A DNA stretch of 32,000 nt, taken from assembly GCA_963710745.1 (NCBI GenBank), contig CAVQBP010000025.1, positions 1-32,000 on the forward strand, written 5' to 3'. The notes below the pieces were generated by a model, which ran no database searches, was not told the DNA's origin, and saw only the letters and a list, made by a program, of their open reading frames with translations. Of the stretch, positions 25,522 to 32,000 are shown in pieces (positions within the stretch are counted from its first letter, which is position 1; the number at the start of each line of letters is the position of its first letter). Both the position numbers and the translations under genes were made by a program. The DNA is from an uncultured Bacteroidota bacterium. Its GTDB lineage: Bacteria > Bacteroidota > Ignavibacteria > Ignavibacteriales > Ignavibacteriaceae.

Positions 25522-27309
25522 TTGAAAATGCCATTTATCAAAGAAATAAAGACAATTAATGCAGCTCTTCTATTCATTTTGATTGTAATAATCGGAATAG
25601 GATTTATTACTTATCAATCAATTAATCAAATATTTGATTATACCGAATCCAAAAATCTGTCTTATAATACATTAAATCTAATCGAAGAAATATTATCGCA
25701 GGTAGCAATTGCTGAGGAAGGACAGCGAAGTTATTTCCTGACAGGTAATGATGTATATCTTGATTCTTATAAATCTGCAAAAACAGTTATAAACTCCGAT
25801 ATAAAGAAATTAAAAGATCTACTGACAGGAAAATTTATTCAAATCGGGAAAGCCGACAGCCTTATTGCTTTAATAAATAAAAGAATAGCCTTTGTAGATA
25901 ATAAAGTTATCCAGCAGGAAAAAGGTAAAACAGATATTGAAATTAGAAATATTAAAGCCGGCTTAAGTGAAGTTTACGTTAACAAGGTTAGAAAGATCGC
26001 CTCTTCCATGGAGAATTATGAATATGAACTTCTTAAGCTTAAAGATGAAGGGGCTGTTTCTACTATCAGGCGGACTTCGATTACCATTCTAATTGGAACC
26101 TTAATTACTTGTATAATATTTCTAATGGTTTTTTATATTCTCAGTAAGGAAATAGTAGAAAGAAAAAATATTGAAAATCAGATTAGGGAAGAAAAGGATT
26201 TCTCCGAAAGATTACTAAACAGCAGCATTGATGGTATTACTGCTTTTGATAAGAATTTAATATTTAGTTTATGGAATCCGGGTATGGAAAATCTGACCGG
26301 GATTAGCAAATCAAAAGTTTTGGGGAAAAAAATTTTTGAGGCTTTCCCTCTGCTTGCAAAAATCGGTGAAGACAGGAATATACTTGAGACTTTGAAAGGT
26401 AATTATGCGATTGTTAAAGATAAATTCTTTTCAATTCCTGAAACTAAAAAGAAAGGTTATATCGAAGCTTATTATTCACCAATCTATAATGCCGACAGGG
26501 AAATTACGGGCGGTTTGGTTATTATAAGAGACAGGACGAAAAGAAAGCTTGCTCTTGAAGCACTTGAAAAAGCAAAAAAAGATCTTGAAAGAAGAGTGGA
26601 AGAAAGAACGGGGGATCTAATAAAGGTCAACCAGGAATTAAGGAAAGAAATAAAGCAAAGAGAAGAAGCGCAGGAACAAATAAATAATTCGTTGAAAGAA
26701 AAAGTAGTTCTTTTAAGAGAAATTCATCACCGGGTTAAAAATAATTTGCAGGTTATTTCAAGCTTGCTGAACCTGCAGTCAGGATATATATCCGATAAAA
26801 AATCTCTGGAAGTTTTCAGGGAAAGTCAGAACAGGGTTAGATCAATGGCTTTGGTTCATGAAAAATTATATAGATCAAAATCATTGAATAAAATTGATTT
26901 CTCGGATTATATAAATTCTCTTGCAAAGGATCTTTTTAACTCTTACAGTATAGAAAACAAACGGATAAATTTTATTAGTGATTTTGACGGGACTTTTCTT
27001 GAAATAGACACCGGGATTCTGTGCGGTTTGATTGTTAATGAGCTGATATCCAATTCACTAAAACATGCTTTCCCGAACGGCAGAAAAGGTGAAATATATA
27101 TAAGTATTCATATTAACTCCGAGAATAAATATGACTTAACCTTCAAAGATAATGGAATAGGTTTCCCCGATAAAATTGATTTTCGAAATACAGATTCTTT
27201 AGGACTTCAGTTAGTAACTTCCCTTACTTCTCAATTAGGCGGTGAAATTGAATTGAAGCGGAATGGATTCACTGAATTTGAAATAACTTTCCCCGCCGGT
27301 ACTAAATAA
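25522..27309 (+). CDS. sensor histidine kinase (CHASE3 - TM - PAS - HisKA_2 - HATPase_c)
   Basis: CHASE3-like EEGQRSYFLTGNDVYLDSY, a TM helix, a PAS segment, a coiled coil, the H-box EIHHRVKNNLQVISSLLNLQ, and ATP-lid DNGIGFP...GLQLV. The tracked start is TTG; ATG at 25528 is likelier. Confidence 0.85.
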   Translation: MKMPFIKEIKTINAALLFILIVIIGIGFITYQSINQIFDYTESKNLSYNTLNLIEEILSQVAIAEEGQRSYFLTGNDVYLDSYKSAKTVINSDIKKLKDLLTGKFIQIGKADSLIALINKRIAFVDNKVIQQEKGKTDIEIRNIKAGLSEVYVNKVRKIASSMENYEYELLKLKDEGAVSTIRRTSITILIGTLITCIIFLMVFYILSKEIVERKNIENQIREEKDFSERLLNSSIDGITAFDKNLIFSLWNPGMENLTGISKSKVLGKKIFEAFPLLAKIGEDRNILETLKGNYAIVKDKFFSIPETKKKGYIEAYYSPIYNADREITGGLVIIRDRTKRKLALEALEKAKKDLERRVEERTGDLIKVNQELRKEIKQREEAQEQINNSLKEKVVLLREIHHRVKNNLQVISSLLNLQSGYISDKKSLEVFRESQNRVRSMALVHEKLYRSKSLNKIDFSDYINSLAKDLFNSYSIENKRINFISDFDGTFLEIDTGILCGLIVNELISNSLKHAFPNGRKGEIYISIHINSENKYDLTFKDNGIGFPDKIDFRNTDSLGLQLVTSLTSQLGGEIELKRNGFTEFEITFPAGTK

Positions 27310-27311
27310 AT

Positions 27312-27662
27312 TCAAAATTTCTCTTGAACTCTTTGATTTACTTCAGTGAAGAAATCTTTTTCTATTATGTTATATTTTACTTTTTGTTTATTATTTAGAA
27401 TTGATATGATATCATCTTCTGCTTTTTTAAGATTTCGAGCTGAATTATTTCCCCTGTTCAATTCATCAATATATTTTGATAAAATTACTTTTACTTCAGC
27501 TGTCTGTTCATCTGTTAATATAACTTTTTGTTTAAGTTTCATGGCCATAAGTTCCGCAACATTATTTCTTTCTGACTGCTGGGAAAATAAGTTAGAAGGA
27601 TACAATAGCAGAACAAAAAAAGCAGTAAAAAATAAAATATAAGCTCTTCCTTTAGCATTCAT
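27312..27662 (-). CDS. small periplasmic LTxxQ-motif (Spy/CpxP-like) protein
   Basis: 116 aa. Signal peptide (ILFFTAFFVLLLYPSNLFS), an LTDEQ motif and a second LNNKQ repeat. Confidence 0.55.
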   Translation of the reverse strand: MNAKGRAYILFFTAFFVLLLYPSNLFSQQSERNNVAELMAMKLKQKVILTDEQTAEVKVILSKYIDELNRGNNSARNLKKAEDDIISILNNKQKVKYNIIEKDFFTEVNQRVQEKF

Positions 27663-28098
27663 TTTTGACTCCCTGAATGAACATGTTTTAATCTAACATC
27701 ATATTTGTGCAATGTCAAATTATTTTTATCTTAATTTAAAATTTATCATCATTAGTTACTATACTGATTTGTCACAAATTTGGCAGAACGGTGATAAATA
27801 AGACAAGACTAAATAAAATTGATGATATTTCGACAATTAATTAAATAAGATTAATTGTATATATCAGTTTTAAGGTTGTTTGTAATTTAATTATTTTTGT
27901 AATCGAAAATTGTAAAATATTTAAAAAAGGCTGGAAAGACTTACATAGTCCCGGGTAAAGTTTTGAATATATTCAAATAAATTAAGGAATTATTTCATTT
28001 TAAATTAAAATAATAAGAAATAAAAAGCTTTTAAGATATTCTCCGTTTGTTCGAAAATATGCTATAACGGGGGTATAGTAAATTTCAGGAAGGAATGT

Positions 28099-29196
28099 AT
28101 GGCTAGAACTAAGGTTAGAAAAATTGGAATTTTAACAGGTGGTGGTGATTGCCCTGGTCTTAATGCCGTAATTAGAGGTGTTACTAAACCTGCACAAGAT
28201 AACGGTATGGCTGTCTTTGGAATTATAGATGGTTTTGAAGGACTGGTTGAAGGCAGAGCGCGTGAATTGAAAAATGAAGATGTCTCCGGTATTCTCGCAA
28301 GAGGAGGGACAATTTTAGGGTCTTCCAACAAAGGAGATCCTTTTCATTGGCCGGTTGAAAAAGATGGGAAAATTGAAATTGTTGATAAATCTAATGCTGC
28401 TTTACGTAATTATGAAATATGGGGACTTGATGCTTTAATAGCCATCGGCGGTGACGGCACAATGCATATTTGTAATAAACTTTCCCAGATGGGAATTAAT
28501 GTTATTGGTGTTCCCAAAACAATCGATAATGATCTTGAAGCTACTGATTTAACTTTCGGTCATGATTCTGCTGTATATGTAGTATCAGAAGCACTTGACC
28601 GTCTTCATACAACTGCTTCTTCTCATCACAGGGTTATTGTGGTTGAAGTGATGGGCCGATATGCCGGTTGGATTGCGTTAAATGGAGGGTTAGCCGGAGG
28701 AGCGGATATAATATTAATCCCTGAAATACCTTTCTCGTGGGAAAAAATATATGATAAAATATTGAACCGCGAAATTATGGGGAAAAAATTCAGCCTGGTT
28801 TGTGCAGCCGAAGGTGCAAAACCAATGGGCGGCGGAATGATTACCAAAGGAGAAGATATCAAAAGACATGATCCTGTCCAGTTAGGCGGAATTGCTGAGT
28901 ATGTTGCCAAGAAAATTGAAGCGAATACTAAAAGAGAGACCAGGGTTACAGTTTTAGGTCATACACAGCGCGGCGGAAGCCCAACCCCATATGACAGAAT
29001 TCTCTCAACAAAATTCGGAGCATTTGCAATCCAGCTGGCAGCAGAAGGTAAGTTCGGCAGAATGGTCGCATTAAAAGGGAGTGAAGTTAAGAACGTAAAA
29101 ATTGAAGATGCAATCGCAAGGCAGAAATTGGTTAAATCTGATACACAAGCATTAATTGCAGCTAAAGCAGTGGGGATTTCATTCGGCGATTCATAA
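28099..29196 (+). CDS. pfkA: ATP-dependent 6-phosphofructokinase
   Basis: IGILTGGGDCPGLNAVIRG, IGGDGT, PKTIDNDL, MGRYAGW and GHTQRGG. Gly in GGDGT is the residue associated with ATP rather than PPi dependence. Confidence 0.9.
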   Translation: MARTKVRKIGILTGGGDCPGLNAVIRGVTKPAQDNGMAVFGIIDGFEGLVEGRARELKNEDVSGILARGGTILGSSNKGDPFHWPVEKDGKIEIVDKSNAALRNYEIWGLDALIAIGGDGTMHICNKLSQMGINVIGVPKTIDNDLEATDLTFGHDSAVYVVSEALDRLHTTASSHHRVIVVEVMGRYAGWIALNGGLAGGADIILIPEIPFSWEKIYDKILNREIMGKKFSLVCAAEGAKPMGGGMITKGEDIKRHDPVQLGGIAEYVAKKIEANTKRETRVTVLGHTQRGGSPTPYDRILSTKFGAFAIQLAAEGKFGRMVALKGSEVKNVKIEDAIARQKLVKSDTQALIAAKAVGISFGDS

Positions 29197-29310
29197 TTTT
29201 TGTTACGCAATGCGTAGAGACTTTCTGCAGAACGTCTCTACTACAATAGGTTGATTTTAGTATTTTCAAAGCATATATTTGATCTCTAATTTTTGTTCTT
29301 AATAAATAAC

Positions 29311-29384
29311 GGGGTCGTAGTTCAGTTGGTTAGAACGCCTGCCTGTCACGCAGGAGGTCGCGAGTTCGAGTCTCGTCGGCCCCG
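29311..29384 (+). tRNA. tRNA-Asp(GUC)
   Basis: Cloverleaf read by eye: GGGGTCG / GTTC-AGTTGGTTA-GAAC / CCTGC-CTGTCAC-GCAGG / GCGAG-TTCGAGT-CTCGT / CGGCCCC-G. CCA is not encoded. Confidence 0.9.
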
Positions 29385-29389
29385 CTTGG

Positions 29390-29422
29390 AAAGCTTCAAA
29401 ACAAATCGTTTTGGAGCTTTTT
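29390..29422 (+). terminator. rho-independent terminator after tRNA-Asp
   Basis: AAAGCTTCAAAAC-AAATC-GTTTTGGAGCTTT forms 13 bp including one G.U, running into a T-rich tail. Confidence 0.7.
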
Positions 29423-29457
29423 CTATTTTGAGACATTCCTAAAATCCCGCTGTCCAA

Positions 29458-29488
29458 GTACCGACTAGGTACCGACTTTGTACCGACT
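29458..29488. repeat. three direct GTACCGACT repeats at an exact 11-bp period
   Basis: Copies start at 29458, 29469 and 29480. They lie between the tRNA-Asp terminator and the 3' end of the SymE-like gene. Confidence 0.8.
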
Positions 29489-29564
29489 TTTTGTGGGCAC
29501 TTCCTATTTTTAGATGGTTGGTTAATATAGTTAGTTAAAATAGATGACATAGTATAATTAAAAT

Positions 29565-29744
29565 TTAATTATTTTCCATTTCCCTTTCAACAAGTACAAG
29601 TGTAATTTTACCCGGCTGGTATATTACAGCATATTCCTTCCCAATATTAAAACCATATCTTCTTAAATCATCGTTCTTGATTTTAATCTGAGGAACCTTC
29701 TTATAATCCCCTTTTGTTGGGTGGCTTGCTTCATATACTTTCAT
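29565..29744 (-). CDS. SymE/AbrB-fold (SpoVT-AbrB-like) small protein, candidate toxin; not in the supplied ORF track
   Basis: Manual translation (59 aa): MKVYEASHPTKGDYKKVPQIKIKNDDLRRYGFNIGKEYAVIYQPGKITLVLVEREMENN. VPQIKIKNDDLRRYGFNIG...V...GKITLV parallels the SymE segment IPAITLKGQWLEAAGFATG...V...GCIVL. GAGGGGG lies upstream of the ATG, which overlaps the upstream stop (ATGA). Confidence 0.55.
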   Translation of the reverse strand: MKVYEASHPTKGDYKKVPQIKIKNDDLRRYGFNIGKEYAVIYQPGKITLVLVEREMENN

Positions 29745-29935
29745 TTTATCCCCCTCGGGTCTGATTCTTCAAAGATTTTCCCGCATATTTTACATCTGCT
29801 TTTCTGATAGATTACAATGTTGTGAAGCGAATTAACAGAATGCTCCTGGATGAGTATCACAAGGTTATGTTTACATTTATGAGGTGGAGTGATATCTACA
29901 GATTCCAACCTCGGATTAAGATGATCATTGTTCAT
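29741..29935 (-). CDS. small zinc-ribbon-like protein (64 aa)
   Basis: HKCKH...CKICG is a possible metal-binding pair. A strong SD (AGGAGGT) lies 6 nt upstream of the ATG. Translationally coupled to the SymE-like ORF. Confidence 0.5.
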   Translation of the reverse strand: MNNDHLNPRLESVDITPPHKCKHNLVILIQEHSVNSLHNIVIYQKSRCKICGKIFEESDPRGIK

Positions 29936-29982
29936 GTTTTACCTCCTATGATAAAGTGAGGGGACAATACGCCCCAAAAAAC

Positions 29983-30220
29983 ATTTTTTGCCCCTTAAGA
30001 AAAAAATTTCTTTTGTTTTAGATTAACTGACGAAAAGGCAAGGCGAAAAAAACCGCCGGAACAATAAATCAGAACGAAGTTAATTAGAGTAGTAGTTTTA
30101 AACTATCTGGTGGTTTTTTTTTTGTCCTTGCCCCGGTAAAGTAAACATGAACATAATTGTTAACTGACAAGGGAAAGTAAAGACACTAAAACAGCAACTT
30201 AAATAGAAGGGGCAAAAAAT
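29983..30220. repeat. ~240-bp element bounded by a perfect 14-bp inverted repeat, with a long internal hairpin
   Basis: ATTTTTTGCCCCTT (29983..29996) pairs with AAGGGGCAAAAAAT (30207..30220). The internal stem is GGCAAGG-CG-A7-CCGCCGG (30037..30059) against CTGGTGG-T10-GT-CCTTGCC (30107..30132). TTAACTGAC occurs on both sides (30023, 30160). Confidence 0.65.
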
Positions 30221-30391
30221 ATTTTGAATTTCTAAGAAGAGCGATCAGCTCAAACAATATTGGAATTGAGTAGATAAGAAGAAAAAAAATTGTTTAAATG
30301 AAAATAAAAGATAAGTATACCAAGATAAGCAGGAATGACCGACAGGGCATTTCTGCGACCAAAGAAAAAGGAAAAGTATATATGATTAGAT

Positions 30392-30467
30392 AAAAAATAT
30401 TTGCGTTAATCATAGGAGTGTGAATAAGGCAAGCAATTATTTTTTTGATAGAATTGTAAATATGAGG
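30392..30467. repeat. direct repeat copy 1 (~75 bp)
   Basis: AAAAAATATTTGCGT...AAGGCAAGCAATTATTTTTT..GATA.AATT; roughly three quarters of positions match copy 2 by eye. Confidence 0.65.
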
Positions 30468-30522
30468 ATTTATAAAAAGAGTTGTAAAATGATGAAAGCT
30501 ATGACCTATTGTTCTTAAAAAA

Positions 30523-30571
30523 GCCTTGCTTAATCAATAATTAACCTATAAAAATTAAGCAAGGTTTTTTT
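30523..30571 (+). terminator. rho-independent terminator (A-run upstream, so possibly bidirectional)
   Basis: CCTTGCTTAAT-(19 nt)-ATTAAGCAAGG followed by T7, and preceded by A6. Confidence 0.7.
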
Positions 30572-30618
30572 ACACGCTGGAATGGGTAATCAATTTCAGG
30601 ATTTACTAACAAGGTGAA

Positions 30619-30693
30619 AAAAAATATTTGCGTGAGGATTGGGGGTGTGGTAAAGGCAAGCAATTATTTTTTGATAAGATTATCTATACTGGG
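30619..30693. repeat. direct repeat copy 2 (~75 bp)
   Basis: Same conserved blocks as copy 1, including an identical 20-nt core AAGGCAAGCAATTATTTTTT. Confidence 0.65.
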
Positions 30694-31276
30694 TAAAATG
30701 TTAAAATCGATTCAAACGAATTTATTGTGTATGAGCAATGAAATTATATTAGGTCATAAAAGAAATGATTGTAGTGAGAAAGAATTGGCAGAAAACCTAC
30801 GCTATTTCGTAGAGTTTTTTAGAGTTGCTTTAATGAAATGAAATACAATGAAGAAGAAATTTTGTATTAGGAATTAGAAGTATCAAGAGGGAAACAATTT
30901 CGAAAGTGTTTCACTGAACTAACCGGTTAGACAATTAATATCGAAAACTATTGATAATTGAAAAATTTTTGTTTAAGATTGTAATGAACGTAAATAAAGC
31001 TGAGAAACCTCCTGGCAGTTTATTTATGTCTCGTGATCCTTGTAAGATAAAAGGGGTGAGACATCTACCTGATTAATGGGGAGCATTTCTTAAGCAATTT
31101 CAATATACAAGGGAAAACAGTATGGGGTATTTTTTGAAATATACAATTTTGAAAAATAAAATCAACAATTTCCTTTCTAATGAGCAAATAAAGTATACTA
31201 AGAGACAATTTATAATTTTGGTTTTAGGGACTTCTCTATTCTTGTTTTCATTCAAACAATTTTATGAGGATATAAA

Positions 31277-31960
31277 ATGCAAAAGCAATTCATTTCATTT
31301 TTGGTTTTTTTTGCACTTACATTTTCGGGAATTAATCTTTTTGGAAATGGGATAATTCGTGCTCAAAATAACCATTCAATTCAAATTAATGGTGGGGTTA
31401 TTTCTCCAATGAGTTCTTCAAAAGGTTTGTCAATCTATCTACAATATAATTATTATTTAAACAAACAAATCATATTATATACTTATACAGGTTATTCAGC
31501 GTGGGATAAATACAAAATTAAATTACCGGATAATAGACCATTTTATTCCGGCATTGTGCCAAAATACTTTAATTCTTACTCCGCTGATGACCACATTCTA
31601 ATTCCAATTTATTTAGGAAGCAGAATAAATTTTTATTCTAATAATCTGTTTACTCCTTTCATTAATTTTGAAATAGGCTATTCGTACTTAAGCTATAATA
31701 GCTATGATCAACAGGAAGAGATAAACCCTGAGACTGGAGAAACTGTAGGTTATTATCCAGATAATACTACAAAAAAAGCAAACAGAGAAAACTTATTTGG
31801 CGTTGGAATCGGAGCTGGGCTGTCTCACCAAATCTCTGAGAATATTGATTTGTTACTCTCTTTTAAATTGAACAGCTATGTAAACGAGAATTATAATGAT
31901 TTATTTAGCACACAGGGGACTTATACCGTTTTTATTGCTGGATTTAATTTTAAGTTATAA
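31277..31960 (+). CDS. outer-membrane beta-barrel (OmpA-barrel/porin-like) protein
   Basis: 227 aa. Signal peptide (FLVFFALTFSGINLFG), alternating aromatic/hydrophobic beta-strand pattern, Gly-rich GVGIGAGLSH, and a C-terminal ...AGFNFKL. Confidence 0.7.
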   Translation: MQKQFISFLVFFALTFSGINLFGNGIIRAQNNHSIQINGGVISPMSSSKGLSIYLQYNYYLNKQIILYTYTGYSAWDKYKIKLPDNRPFYSGIVPKYFNSYSADDHILIPIYLGSRINFYSNNLFTPFINFEIGYSYLSYNSYDQQEEINPETGETVGYYPDNTTKKANRENLFGVGIGAGLSHQISENIDLLLSFKLNSYVNENYNDLFSTQGTYTVFIAGFNFKL

Positions 31961-32000
31961 CATTATGAGAAGAAGATGAAATCAATAATCATTTCCTCTG

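Noticed and set aside
30614-30841. 75-aa GTG-initiated ORF.
   Set aside because: It starts inside direct repeat copy 2, has no SD and no recognisable domain, and its paralogous repeat lacks a start codon. It is left unannotated, though a small protein cannot be excluded.
31122-31355. 77-aa ORF overlapping the start of the OM beta-barrel gene.
   Set aside because: It is out of frame with a better-supported gene carrying a signal peptide, and its sequence is low-complexity.

Overview
AT-rich window, probably from an FCB-group bacterium (Bacteroidota/Ignavibacteriota-like). That guess rests on a CarboxypepD_reg-type TonB receptor, Bacteroidetes-style HTH_17 excisionase genes and a DUF4373-like gene. 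All product calls come from reading motifs in the supplied translations; no database or HMM search was possible.

The window has three parts.

(1) 1-16.3 kb is an accessory, defence-island-like block, almost all on the minus strand. It holds an orphan PD-(D/E)XK-like ORF, a frameshifted DUF72 gene and two small ORFs. It also holds a 615-aa P-loop NTPase gene cleanly split at codon 14 by a complete IS21-family element (istA/istB, about 50-bp multi-repeat terminal IRs, 5-bp GCATT target duplication). A Type I R-M operon follows, whose genes overlap or nearly abut: hsdR-orf261-hsdM-hsdS-orf371, then a GIY-YIG-like gene. A stand-alone TIR-domain gene lies upstream.

(2) 16.3-22.1 kb is a tRNA-associated junction plus a decayed phage-like integrative element. 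It contains a 5'-truncated tRNA-Ser(UGA) fragment, a frameshifted excisionase-like gene and an atypical tRNA-Val(CAC). It also has a terminator-bearing sRNA candidate, a pyrimidine tract with palindromic iterons, and a small replication/regulatory operon with a divergent HTH switch. Two tandem defective tyrosine recombinase genes follow, then a loxP/FRT-like 12-8-12 inverted repeat.

(3) 22.4-32 kb looks like core chromosome: TonB-dependent receptor, CHASE3-PAS-HisKA_2 kinase, LTxxQ periplasmic protein, 6-phosphofructokinase, tRNA-Asp and an OM beta-barrel protein. Directly after tRNA-Asp is a small accessory patch with helically phased GTACCGACT repeats, an overlapping zinc-ribbon/SymE(AbrB)-like gene pair (the latter missing from the ORF track), a nested-inverted-repeat element and a pair of roughly 75-bp direct repeats.

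The best candidates for undescribed biology are the two nuclease-like genes translationally coupled inside the Type I R-M operon and the IS-inactivated NTPase module. Three single-nucleotide frameshifts (DUF72, excisionase, integrase) could be genuine decay or assembly error.
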